Shown here: in pieces, positions 1-8,392 of the stretch
Layout of the letters: each line of letters starts with the position of its first letter
Numbering within the stretch: the stretch's first letter is position 1
IMG/VR virus record: IMGVR_UViG_3300050501_000129
DNA length: 64,000 bases
Origin: a virus
Reading direction: 5' to 3' (one strand)
The notes under the pieces: generated by a model
The model's database searches: none
Seen by the model: only the letters and a program-made list of their open reading frames with translations
Told to the model about the DNA's origin: nothing
Position numbers and translations under genes: made by a program

Positions 1-120
1 ATCTATCCGCTCGACAAGTGGATCAAGAACCAGCGGCGCTTCACGCGCAAGGTGTACCAGCGCGAGATCGAGGTCATCGCAGATTGGACGGAGGTTCCCC
101 ATGGCGATCAAGAAAGTTAA
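1..120 (+). CDS. 3' end of an upstream gene (partial), function unknown
   Basis: Frame 1 is open from the window edge to TAA at 118-120 (..IYPLDKWIKNQRRFTRKVYQREIEVIADWTEVPHGDQES). Third codon positions are GC-rich. Confidence 0.4.
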   Translation: MYPLDKWIKNQRRFTRKVYQREIEVIADWTEVPHGDQES

Positions 121-331
121 AGCCACCCAGGTCATCTGCGACGCGTGCGGCGCGATCCAGGTCGTCACCGATCACATCGATATCGTTGGCTTCAGCGGCG
201 TCGTCTCCGAGCAGGGAACGTGGGGAGGCACCGGGTCTGTCAAGTGGTTCGCCTGCAGCGCGACCTGCGTCAGCGCCGCGGTCGTCAACGCGATCAAGGA
301 GTCGTACGGAAATGACGAAGATCCGAGGTAA
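101..331 (+). CDS. hypothetical small protein (76 aa, CxxC-containing)
   Basis: Track ORF with ATG preceded by ggagg. Composition is protein-like (CDAC plus two more Cys). No family recognised. Confidence 0.55.
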   Translation: MAIKKVKATQVICDACGAIQVVTDHIDIVGFSGVVSEQGTWGGTGSVKWFACSATCVSAAVVNAIKESYGNDEDPR

Positions 332-539
332 GGGCACGTTCCGTGCGCAGCACGCCCAGAAGTCCGGGCGTGCTGCGCAGCGGACCCCGCTGCCGCCGCG
401 CTGCACCGAGTGCCGGATGCCCGGCACCTACATGATCAACGGACAACCACGGTGTGACGAACACCGTAAGCTCTGTACGTGTCCACATGGTGACGACTCT
501 CCCGCAAAGAATCACTGGTTCGAGTGTCCGAAGGAGTGA
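312..539 (+). CDS. hypothetical Cys/His-rich small protein (75 aa)
   Basis: In-frame ATG inside track ORF 18..539. The distal part (CTEC...C..H..CTCPH...C) looks coding. The proximal part of the track ORF is an Arg/Ser-rich shadow of 101..331. Confidence 0.45.
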   Translation: MTKIRGKGTFRAQHAQKSGRAAQRTPLPPRCTECRMPGTYMINGQPRCDEHRKLCTCPHGDDSPAKNHWFECPKE

Positions 540-544
540 TAAAG

Positions 545-727
545 ATGACAACGTGGTGGGATGACGTCGAGTACCTCGCCGCGCAGTCCCAGCGGATCGA
601 AGACATGGACGGCGACAACGAAGAGTGGGAGTGCGGCGTCAGTGAAGATCACGACTGGAAGCCTGGTGACCTTGAGTGTCGACGCTGTCACGCTGACCTC
701 AGTGAGTGGAATGAGGAGAAAGAATAG
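545..727 (+). CDS. hypothetical acidic small protein (60 aa)
   Basis: AAGGAG lies 8 nt upstream of ATG 545 (the track ORF starts at GTG 524). The protein is acidic with C..CxxC. Confidence 0.55.
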   Translation: MTTWWDDVEYLAAQSQRIEDMDGDNEEWECGVSEDHDWKPGDLECRRCHADLSEWNEEKE

Positions 728-729
728 TG

Positions 730-903
730 ATGCAGATTCGATTTGACCTCGTCAAGACGGCGTACGCGCTGATTTGGACCGAGGGCGGCCGCGGCCCGTT
801 CGCGGTGATGAGTAAGATAGAGTTCAGCAGGTTTCTCGAGACCTACGACGCGCGCAACATCAAGACCTACGTGTTCATCAGTATGAAGGGAGAAGAGCGA
901 TGA
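730..903 (+). CDS. hypothetical protein (57 aa, below track cutoff)
   Basis: ATG lies 3 nt after the preceding stop, with GAGGAG upstream. The ORF ends in an ATGA overlap with the gene starting at 900. Confidence 0.45.
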   Translation: MQIRFDLVKTAYALIWTEGGRGPFAVMSKIEFSRFLETYDARNIKTYVFISMKGEER

Positions 904-1865
904 GTGAAGAGCAGAGCACCCAGTTCAGCGTCCGTGAGGCGCCGTGGTTCAAACTCGGCAAGCTGGTCGACGAGCCGGTAACGGCCAAGGAGGCCGCAGA
1001 GCTTGGCGGACTCAACTTTGACGTTGAACTGCAAGAGGTCGGCACGTTCAAACGCGACGACAGCGGAAACATCTATCATACAAGTGTCGCACCGATCGAC
1101 AAGCGCCGTGCCGTCGTTGCCGTAGACAACGGCCAATTCATGGGATTCGTCTCGGCCAAAAAGTACACATCCCTCCAGTACGCGGACGCGTTCAACTTCA
1201 TGGACACGATCAACCCGCGCTACGTCGCCGCGGGCACGCTACGTGACCGCCGGCAGGGCTTTATGGTCGTCAAGCCGGAGATCCAGCTTAACGTCCTGGA
1301 CGGTGAGGATCCGCACGAGCTGTTCGCCGTGCTGCGGACGAGCCACGACTGCACCCGCGCCGTCGAGGTATCGGTGATGCCGCTGCGCGGACGCTGTATG
1401 AACCAGTTGACGCTCCGCAGCTTCGCCAAGGGTGTGCCACACCGCTGGTCGATCAAGCACACGACGACGCTGAACGCCAAGCTCGCGGAGGCAAAGAGCT
1501 CGCTGCAGCGTATCGGTATCTACGTCAAGCGCTACGAGCAGCTCGCACAACGTGTGGCGGATATAAACATCAGTGAGATGCAGGCGCGCGAGCTGCTGCA
1601 GATCTCGATCCCGCGACCGGCTAAGAAGACTGAGCGCATCGACCAGCAGTACCAGGACCGCATCAACGCCATGATAGATCTGTGGCAGACGTCGCCAACG
1701 GTGGCCTACGCGGGTACCGGTTGGGGCCTGGTCAACGCCGTCTCCGAGTACTACGACTGGTACCGGTCGGGCGGAACTCCCGAGTCCCGCTTCCTCAACG
1801 CGCTGGAGGGACAGACCCACAAGATCGTTAACAAGGTGGCGGGTCTCGTTCTGTCCGCCGCGTAG
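900..1865 (+). CDS. DUF932-family phage/plasmid protein
   Basis: 321 aa. Motifs LRTSHDCTRAVEVSVMPLRGRCMNQ and C-terminal WGLVNAVSEYYDW resemble the DUF932 (TIGR03299-type) family. Confidence 0.8.
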   Translation: MSEEQSTQFSVREAPWFKLGKLVDEPVTAKEAAELGGLNFDVELQEVGTFKRDDSGNIYHTSVAPIDKRRAVVAVDNGQFMGFVSAKKYTSLQYADAFNFMDTINPRYVAAGTLRDRRQGFMVVKPEIQLNVLDGEDPHELFAVLRTSHDCTRAVEVSVMPLRGRCMNQLTLRSFAKGVPHRWSIKHTTTLNAKLAEAKSSLQRIGIYVKRYEQLAQRVADINISEMQARELLQISIPRPAKKTERIDQQYQDRINAMIDLWQTSPTVAYAGTGWGLVNAVSEYYDWYRSGGTPESRFLNALEGQTHKIVNKVAGLVLSAA

Positions 1866-1875
1866 GGGAGGTCAG

Positions 1876-2199
1876 GTGTGGATCCTAGACGTGCCCCACT
1901 GGATGCTACGGGGTCGCTGCCGCGGAGCCAACCCAGAGATCTTTGACGGTGATCCGCTCTATGAGGAGACCGCCAAGGGCTTCTGCGCCCGGTGCGTCGT
2001 ACGTACCGAGTGTCTGAATTACGCCCTCGAACACGGCAGCGCCGTCATCGGAGTCTGGGGCGGACTTAGTGAAGATGAACGCAACGCCCACCGGCGTGGC
2101 GGTCCGCGTCTCTCGTGTCCCGGTTGCCGCACGACGTTACACTTCAGCGACGGCCGAACCGAGATCTGTCTCAGCTGCGGACTGACGTGGAAGTCTTAA
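1876..2199 (+). CDS. WhiB-like (Wbl) Fe-S transcription factor with C-terminal CxxC..CxxC extension
   Basis: Cys pattern C-x21-C-x2-C-x5-C (RCRG...FCARCVVRTEC) followed by the GVWGG turn. Extra C-terminal CPGC...CLSC zinc-ribbon-like tail. GGGGAGG RBS precedes the GTG start. Confidence 0.85.
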   Translation: MWILDVPHWMLRGRCRGANPEIFDGDPLYEETAKGFCARCVVRTECLNYALEHGSAVIGVWGGLSEDERNAHRRGGPRLSCPGCRTTLHFSDGRTEICLSCGLTWKS

Positions 2200-2219
2200 A
2201 GACGATGCTCTAAGACGCC

Positions 2220-2258
2220 ACTGGCCGTCTCTCGTACGAAACAACGGAGACGGCCAGT
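2220..2258. terminator. hairpin between convergent genes (bidirectional terminator candidate)
   Basis: Perfect 12-bp stem ACTGGCCGTCTC / GAGACGGCCAGT with a 15-nt loop. It sits between the WhiB-like gene (+) and the glycosyltransferase gene (-). Confidence 0.55.
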
Positions 2259-2275
2259 TCTATGTCCAGCGCACG

Positions 2276-3349
2276 CTACGTGCCGCTTGTTTCGCGTTCT
2301 AGCGTAACCGCGCGCGTCCACGCGTCCAGCCAGCGCCACGCGTTGCGCTCGATGGTCAGCTTGGCGGCGGCGTCTCGGCCGGCTAGCGCGCTCTCGGTGC
2401 GGCGGTCCGCGCTCTTAACCAAGCTATGAACGTACTTTCGCCACTCATGTGAATTTTTTGCGAGCAGACCGACGCCAAGACGCGCCAAGCGAGAGTACTC
2501 AGCGCGCGGTGACATGACGCACGGAACGCCGACCGCCGCGTACTCCAGCGGCTTAAGCCATGACTTAGCGGCGTTAAACTTAGAGTCCGCCAGCGGCGCG
2601 ACCCCGATACCGATCGTGTTAACCGCCAGGGGCCACGCGTTGATGTCCCTTATGACGTCCGTCGTGTCGATCGTGTAGCGCGTCGAGACGCCCAGCGCGG
2701 TATGAACGCCCGCCAGCGGGCCGGCGACACGGAACTGGCAGCCAAGCTGCAGCAGCTGCGCCATAGAGGGTCCCATAACCTGCAGGTCGGTCGGGTGTGA
2801 GTGCACCGAGCCAGCCCAACCGATGACGTTAGAGTCGGTATGTTCGATCTTCAGGTAGCGCTCGGGAACGCAGTTGCGCAGAATGTGTACCGGGGTCTTG
2901 GCGCCGTAGCGCGTCGCTAGCGCGTCGGTCGAGACCGTCACCAGTGACGCCGCGTCGCAGGCGAGCAGCGTGTTTTGCCACGAGTGTACCGCGTTGGGCC
3001 CGCTGGGATGCAGCGCGTGGAACGCTGGATTGGCCGGGTGGATGCACGTTAAGTCATCATCCATGTCGACGACGACGGCGGTACCCGCGTTGCGGATGAT
3101 CGGTATCGCCTGCACCAGGTACCGGTGCGTGACGCGTTGGAACACGATGACGTCCGCGTCCTGCGGAATCCGGACCTGGACAACGTGATCACCGTCGAGC
3201 TTGGCCTGCAGCATCTGGTCACGTTCCTGTGACGTGACGATCACGACGTCATGTCCCTGGCGCTGCAGCTCACGCGCTGGCCAGATCAGCCGGTAGTAGC
3301 CGCAGCCGGTGGTGTCGGCCGGAAAGATGTAGATCTTCACCGGATCCAC
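2276..3349 (-). CDS. glycosyltransferase (GT-B type, tentative)
   Basis: 357 aa. N-terminal IYIFPADTTGCGYY and C-terminal KSWLKPLEYAAVGVPCVMS resemble the GT1/GT4 nucleotide-sugar binding region. The start may instead be the GTG at 3340. Confidence 0.75.
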   Translation of the reverse strand: MDPVKIYIFPADTTGCGYYRLIWPARELQRQGHDVVIVTSQERDQMLQAKLDGDHVVQVRIPQDADVIVFQRVTHRYLVQAIPIIRNAGTAVVVDMDDDLTCIHPANPAFHALHPSGPNAVHSWQNTLLACDAASLVTVSTDALATRYGAKTPVHILRNCVPERYLKIEHTDSNVIGWAGSVHSHPTDLQVMGPSMAQLLQLGCQFRVAGPLAGVHTALGVSTRYTIDTTDVIRDINAWPLAVNTIGIGVAPLADSKFNAAKSWLKPLEYAAVGVPCVMSPRAEYSRLARLGVGLLAKNSHEWRKYVHSLVKSADRRTESALAGRDAAAKLTIERNAWRWLDAWTRAVTLERETSGT

Positions 3350-3438
3350 CGGACCTCATCATAGTCGACGTACCACATGCAGTAGCTGAGATAGAAGATC
3401 CATAAGCCAAGCAAGGCATCATACAGCAGTCTTACCAC
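3337..3438 (-). CDS. possible 33-aa hydrophobic micro-ORF between two glycosyltransferase genes
   Basis: The GTG overlaps the upstream TAA. The product is VVRLLYDALLGLWIFYLSYCMWYVDYDEVRWIR. Its TGA forms a GTGA overlap with an alternative GTG start of the downstream gene. It is short and unverified. Confidence 0.25.
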   Translation of the reverse strand: MVRLLYDALLGLWIFYLSYCMWYVDYDEVRWIR

Positions 3439-4034
3439 CGGTCCGGCCTTCCGCTCGTGTTGTTACCATGGTGGTGCCAGACCCAGGTCACCTCAGGAAC
3501 GTGCAGAAACGCCGCGCCAACCTCCAGCAGCCGCAGATAGAAGCCCCAGTCGTCATAGTCGCTGTCCGGTGACGTGGCCGGCGGACCGAACAGCGCCTGC
3601 TTGGCCAGGTTGGCGTACACGAGAGACGTCACCGGTATGTATGACTTCTGACGCAGCAGGTCAGCGTCGAACGGCTGACCGAAGCGTCCCCACTCCTCGC
3701 GCTGCGGAAGTATCTCGCCCCGCGCGTCGACCACGCGGCAGCCGGAATAGACCACAGTGGCACCGGACCGCAGCGCGTGATGCAGCAGGATCGTAAGGTG
3801 ATCCGGTAGAAGCTCATCATCGTCGTCGAGAAACGCGACCCACGTCGTTGATATGTGATACAGCGCCCGGTTGCGCGTCAGCGCCGAGCCGTCGTGTCGC
3901 TTGTCGAACGAGATGACGACGTTCTCCGGCTGGTGAGTCTGCGCCGCGACGCTCGTGACCGCGCGCGTCAGCTCGAAACGACGCGTCGGGATATGCGGTA
4001 TGATGACGGTTACCCTGTCCACAGCTGTCCCCAT
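3432..4034 (-). CDS. glycosyltransferase family 2 (GT-A)
   Basis: 200 aa. N-terminal VIIPHIPTR and DxD-type FLDDDDELLPDH are typical of GT2. Confidence 0.85.
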   Translation of the reverse strand: MGTAVDRVTVIIPHIPTRRFELTRAVTSVAAQTHQPENVVISFDKRHDGSALTRNRALYHISTTWVAFLDDDDELLPDHLTILLHHALRSGATVVYSGCRVVDARGEILPQREEWGRFGQPFDADLLRQKSYIPVTSLVYANLAKQALFGPPATSPDSDYDDWGFYLRLLEVGAAFLHVPEVTWVWHHHGNNTSGRPDRW

Positions 4035-4045
4035 TCAGTAACCCG

Positions 4046-4624
4046 TCACTGCCACCTGGTTGGCAGTCCGCTGGTGTGATGTCCGTGCAGCCGGTAGTGC
4101 CAGGTAATCTCACCGGTGCCGGCAAACTTCGCGCTGATGTTCATACACCGCAGGATGAACATCCAGTCCTCTCCCATCCAGTCTTGGTGAAGCGGACCAT
4201 CCGGCATGAGAAAACCGGCCTCCTTGGCGATTCGCGTTCGTACCATGACATTCATCGTCGTGTGATGTGGCTCAGTGGGATTGAACTGCCGGCCGCGATG
4301 CATCGGAAACGGGTTGTTGCCGTCGAACCACGAGTACAGGAAGTCGGCACCGGTATCATGTTGAAGGTTCAACAGCGTCTCAACGTGGTGCGGATACCAG
4401 AGGTCGTCGTCATCGAGAAAGGCAACCCACTCGGTCTGTACGGCGTCCAACGCCCGCTGACGGGTCCGCGCCGCACCCTCGTGATTACAGTCCAGCGCGA
4501 CGGAGATGCCACCGTGCAGCGTCACCGTCTGCGCCTGCACCGAGCTGACGGCCTCTGACAGGAGGTTGCCGACGCGCGGCGGAATGGCCGCGATCGCTGC
4601 CGTGACGTCTACCGTCTTCTTCAC
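4046..4624 (-). CDS. glycosyltransferase family 2 (GT-A)
   Basis: 192 aa, a paralogue-like copy of 3432..4034 (FLDDDDLWYPHH; similar C-terminal HHTSGLPTRW). Confidence 0.85.
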   Translation of the reverse strand: MKKTVDVTAAIAAIPPRVGNLLSEAVSSVQAQTVTLHGGISVALDCNHEGAARTRQRALDAVQTEWVAFLDDDDLWYPHHVETLLNLQHDTGADFLYSWFDGNNPFPMHRGRQFNPTEPHHTTMNVMVRTRIAKEAGFLMPDGPLHQDWMGEDWMFILRCMNISAKFAGTGEITWHYRLHGHHTSGLPTRWQ

Positions 4625-5139
4625 TTAGCCAGAGCTCCCACGGCACACTGCCACTTGGGGCGCGCGTCAGCGACCGGCCAAAGCAGCTTGACTTCATCCA
4701 TATTCATCGGCACGACGCTCGACCAGCCCGCGTCTTCCAGCAGCTCAACGAGTCGCGTCTCGGTACACTCCCACAGGTGAACGTCGCCAGCCCACCGGCC
4801 AGCGCCGAAGCGCAGCGAATCTAGCGTCGCGCCGTACTCGTCCGACCCGGTCTCACCGAGCAGCTCGCGGCCGCGGTCGACGTCCGGTCCAACGATCATG
4901 ATCGCGCCGTTAATGACCATACAGTCGCGCAGCCGTGACAGCAGCGTCCACGCGTCTGCACGCGTCAGGTGCTCTAGGACGTGTCCCGCGTAGACGCACT
5001 CGACGCTACCCGTCGGCCACGGCAGCTCACCGGTCAGGTCGACACGCTGGTCAGCGCGGTGCGGCATTTCAGGTAGGTCGACGTTGAGCCAGCCGTTTGC
5101 GTAGCGGTCGCCGCAGCCTAGGTTAAGTTGCACGCTCAT
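4621..5139 (-). CDS. class I SAM-dependent methyltransferase
   Basis: 172 aa. LNLGCGDRYANGWLNVD glycine-rich SAM motif plus VYAGHVLEHL. Forms a 4-nt overlap with the downstream gene. Confidence 0.8.
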   Translation of the reverse strand: MSVQLNLGCGDRYANGWLNVDLPEMPHRADQRVDLTGELPWPTGSVECVYAGHVLEHLTRADAWTLLSRLRDCMVINGAIMIVGPDVDRGRELLGETGSDEYGATLDSLRFGAGRWAGDVHLWECTETRLVELLEDAGWSSVVPMNMDEVKLLWPVADARPKWQCAVGALAK

Positions 5140-5144
5140 ACCTC

Positions 5145-6374
5145 CTACAGCAGGGTCGGCGCGGGAATCGGTAGGATCCAGTGGCCGCCGTCGATCGTGA
5201 ACTGCTGCTCATTACGCATGATTGAACCGGCGTAGTTCCACGCGAGTAGCAGGTAGGTGTCAGTAATCTCATGATCGACGACGGTCTGGTTGTAGATCTT
5301 TATTCCCGTTCCCGGAATGTAGCGCTCCTGCTTCGCTTCAGTCGTATCGGTGACGTAGCGTAGCAGCTCACCGTCGATGCCACAGAAGTTAAGCAGCGTC
5401 GTCGCCTTGGCCGGCGCGCCGTATCCAACAACTGCGTGACCGGCGTCACGTTCGTCAAGCAGCAGCTGCAGAAGCCGTTGTTTGAGCCGCTCAGCACGCC
5501 CCTGGAGCCCGAGGTAGACGTTCGTGTCCGTTAACCAGGCTTCAGAGCTGACGACGCTGGAGACTCGTCTAGAGACCTGACTCTGCCGGCGCAGCTTGAC
5601 ACGCAACGAGCCACCCTGTCGGTCAGTAAGCTGCGCGTCAACGACGTACAAGCCGTGGTTACGCGCCGCAGAGCGCAGACTGGTCAGCGAGAAGAAGTTG
5701 CGATGCTCGTGGTAGACCAGGTCGAACGCGTTATTGAGGATCAAGTCAGGTAGGTACTGCACCTCGACATACACGGTACCCTTGAACGCCAGCAACTCAT
5801 CGATACCGGCGAAGACGTCAGAGACGCTCTCGACGTGCGCCAAGACATGGTTCGCGATGATGACGTCTGCGGGCCCGTGCTGCGCGTGAATCTCGTGTGC
5901 CAGGTTGCGGCCGAATGGCTTGACGACCGTCTCGACGCCGCGCTGCGCGGCGACCTCAGCCGGTCCGTCAGCTGGATCAACTCCAATGACACGCCAGCCC
6001 GCGCGCAAGAGCAAGTGTGAGAAATCACCGTCGTTTGACCCGATCTCAACTACGAGCGGCTTGCGTGCCAGTCCGCTGTCGCTTAGATTCCACTCGTTAA
6101 GAACGTCGTTGGCGTAGCGCGCATGATAGAGCGACAGCGGCTTGGATGCACTTGAGTAGAACGAGTAGCCCGAGCCGAATAGGTCCGGCACCACCTCGAG
6201 CAGCTGAACCAGGTGGCAGCCGGCGCAGACCGCCAGCTGCAGCGGGTAGTGCGTCACCGTCTCGTTGTCCTTGGTGTAGTTGTCCGCGATCGGCGACAGT
6301 CCCAAGTCAAGAACCAGGCGCAAGTCGTCGTAGTTGCACGCGCTGCAGCGCGTCCTCTTCATCGTTGTCCCCAC
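5145..6374 (-). CDS. C-methyltransferase-family enzyme (NDP-hexose C-methyltransferase-like)
   Basis: 409 aa. N-terminal Zn-type CSAC...CAGCHLVQL, a central SAM domain (VVEIGSNDGDF), and the LVYHEHRNFFSLTSL motif typical of the TylCIII-like architecture. Confidence 0.75.
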   Translation of the reverse strand: MGTTMKRTRCSACNYDDLRLVLDLGLSPIADNYTKDNETVTHYPLQLAVCAGCHLVQLLEVVPDLFGSGYSFYSSASKPLSLYHARYANDVLNEWNLSDSGLARKPLVVEIGSNDGDFSHLLLRAGWRVIGVDPADGPAEVAAQRGVETVVKPFGRNLAHEIHAQHGPADVIIANHVLAHVESVSDVFAGIDELLAFKGTVYVEVQYLPDLILNNAFDLVYHEHRNFFSLTSLRSAARNHGLYVVDAQLTDRQGGSLRVKLRRQSQVSRRVSSVVSSEAWLTDTNVYLGLQGRAERLKQRLLQLLLDERDAGHAVVGYGAPAKATTLLNFCGIDGELLRYVTDTTEAKQERYIPGTGIKIYNQTVVDHEITDTYLLLAWNYAGSIMRNEQQFTIDGGHWILPIPAPTLL

Positions 6375-6997
6375 TTCGAGTTGAAGATCTCCTCGGCACG
6401 CAGCCGCATCTCGTGAGATTTCTCGGTCTTATAGCCGAAGGTCGTATGATGATAAGTGTCGATGTCAGCGACGTAGACCCGCTTGCCGGCGTGCCTTGCC
6501 TCGAGACAGACGTCATCGTAGCCGTGAAATTCATAGCGTTCATCGAAGCGCAGCTCCTGAATCGCCCACGGCGAGAACACCATAAATGATCCCTCAACGA
6601 TGTCGACGTCTCCCGCAGACCGGTCACCAAAGTGAAGAAGTGCGCTGTCGGTCGACTGGTGACCGATCGGGTCGACGTCCCACCAGTTAAGTGACGGTCC
6701 GCCCCCGGCGACACCGATGATTGCGATTTGCGGATCTGCCGCAAAGACGGAGATAATCATCGGTTCTGTCAACGGATCAGTCATCTCGAGGTCATCGTGA
6801 AGTAGAACGACGGCATCCAAGTCATAGACTCGAAAGCCGTCTAGAATCGCGTTATACGCCACCGAGATCGAAATCTGGTTAAACGCCGTTAGGACCGGTT
6901 GATTCTTTGGGATCCGCGGCTCGACGTACCGGTGAAACTTGTCCCACGTGCCGACGCAGCAGCCGTAGCCGATCTTCACCATGGCCGCCGTCCCCAC
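6359..6997 (-). CDS. GT-A-like glycosyltransferase (tentative)
   Basis: 212 aa with LLHDDLEM (DxD-like) and a GT-A-like length. Translationally overlapped on both sides within the cassette. The family assignment is weak. Confidence 0.5.
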   Translation of the reverse strand: MGTAAMVKIGYGCCVGTWDKFHRYVEPRIPKNQPVLTAFNQISISVAYNAILDGFRVYDLDAVVLLHDDLEMTDPLTEPMIISVFAADPQIAIIGVAGGGPSLNWWDVDPIGHQSTDSALLHFGDRSAGDVDIVEGSFMVFSPWAIQELRFDERYEFHGYDDVCLEARHAGKRVYVADIDTYHHTTFGYKTEKSHEMRLRAEEIFNSKWGQR

Positions 6998-7683
6998 TTA
7001 AGCGCGAACGTCTCACCGTCGCGGCCGGCCTGCTCAGCGAGTGCGCCGCACGTCGTCGAGTTGGCTAGCGTGTTGAGCGGCGCCTCGCCCGGTAGCATCA
7101 GAACGCCGCCGGCTTGGATCGCTTGCCACTCAAAGTCAGTGTCGCCCCACCACCAGTGCATCTTCTCGTCGGCGCGCAGACCAAGCTCGCCGCGAACAAC
7201 GAACGCCCACGGACACATACGAGTCATGATGTTGCCGTCGATCTGCGTCTTTAGGTGTGGCATGCCGGCAGTCGTTTGTGTGTACGTGCACGCGATCGCG
7301 GGAACGTTCAGATGCTTTAGCGACTCCGTCGTCCGAAACAGCGCTCCAGCAACGTTGTCATACCAATTGGCGGGCAGTGATGTGTCGTCATTGAGGACCG
7401 CGACATCCCACAGCTTTTCACCAAACGCCTTGACGGTCATCTCGATGACGTTAAACGCCGTGTTCCACATCTTATAGAGGTGAGGCGGCTGCTCGTCATC
7501 ACGGTGAACGATCGTCTTGACGTCCGGAACCTGCATACGCAGCCACAGCGAAGACAGAGGTAGGTCACTGGCATTGTCGATGACGTAGACGAAGTCGACC
7601 TGGCCAGCTAGCTGGCGCAGCAGCGAGATCAGCTGTTCGTGACGGTTACGTGTTGGGATAATCGCGTATCGGGGGACTCTCAC
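6976..7683 (-). CDS. glycosyltransferase family 2 (GT-A)
   Basis: 235 aa. YAIIPTRNRHEQLISLLRQL and VYVIDNASD are typical of the GT2 N-terminus. Confidence 0.8.
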   Translation of the reverse strand: MRVPRYAIIPTRNRHEQLISLLRQLAGQVDFVYVIDNASDLPLSSLWLRMQVPDVKTIVHRDDEQPPHLYKMWNTAFNVIEMTVKAFGEKLWDVAVLNDDTSLPANWYDNVAGALFRTTESLKHLNVPAIACTYTQTTAGMPHLKTQIDGNIMTRMCPWAFVVRGELGLRADEKMHWWWGDTDFEWQAIQAGGVLMLPGEAPLNTLANSTTCGALAEQAGRDGETFALKWGRRPW

Positions 7684-7711
7684 CGGCCTACCGTATCACG
7701 CGAAGGGGTCG

Positions 7712-8392
7712 CTACGGCGTCTCGGTGATCGTGCACGTGATGACGTCGAAGGTGTCGATGTTAACGTTACCGGCACCGAGAAACTTACGAAAGCGCAACG
7801 TGCACTCGTAGACGCCGGCCGCGAAGTCCGCTGGCAGGTGAAACGCGGCCCCGACGTTCAGGTGCTGCAGCGCGGTGTTATATATCATGTGTGTCGTCGT
7901 GTAGTCGGTACCGTCGATCTGGATCGCGCCCTCGACGCCGATGCCGTTAGCGCTGACGTACGCTGCCATATTGTGGTTAACGTGAATCCGACTTGACGTG
8001 TAGTACTTAACGAACCGGATCGTGGCGGGTACGGCGCTAACCAGAACGTCATGAAACGCCGTATCTCCGAAGACCTGTGCATCAGGAGCGATGTACGTCG
8101 ACTCCTGCGACGGACCAGGTCCGCGACTGAGGTTGTTAACGACGTAGTTTAGGTTTGGCAGCACCGACTGCACCATCACTCGATCGCCAGGCGCCGCGGT
8201 GCCAGTCATCAACGTCGCGGGAACGTTGACGACTGAGCTTCCCTCAAAGCCCTCACCGTCGAACTGAATCATAAGTGACGTGCTCTCGCCGGTGACTACC
8301 GTCGCCGGCCGAAGCTGCCACATGTCGCTGCGGTATGAGGGCGTTCCACGCAAGCCTGCAACGCTCTCGGCAATAGCTAGCGGTGTCGTCAC
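7712..8392 (-). CDS. minor tail / tail-tip associated protein
   Basis: Last gene of the tail block. The GTG at 8392 makes a GTGA overlap with the upstream stop (the track start 8467 would overlap by 79 nt). No family recognised. Confidence 0.55.
   Translation of the reverse strand: MTTPLAIAESVAGLRGTPSYRSDMWQLRPATVVTGESTSLMIQFDGEGFEGSSVVNVPATLMTGTAAPGDRVMVQSVLPNLNYVVNNLSRGPGPSQESTYIAPDAQVFGDTAFHDVLVSAVPATIRFVKYYTSSRIHVNHNMAAYVSANGIGVEGAIQIDGTDYTTTHMIYNTALQHLNVGAAFHLPADFAAGVYECTLRFRKFLGAGNVNIDTFDVITCTITETP

Noticed and set aside
18-539. 173-aa track ORF spanning the first small genes
   Set aside because: Its first ~98 codons are Arg/Ser/Pro/Ala-rich, typical of an out-of-frame reading of GC-rich coding DNA (here 101..331). 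Only the distal part from ATG 312 was kept.
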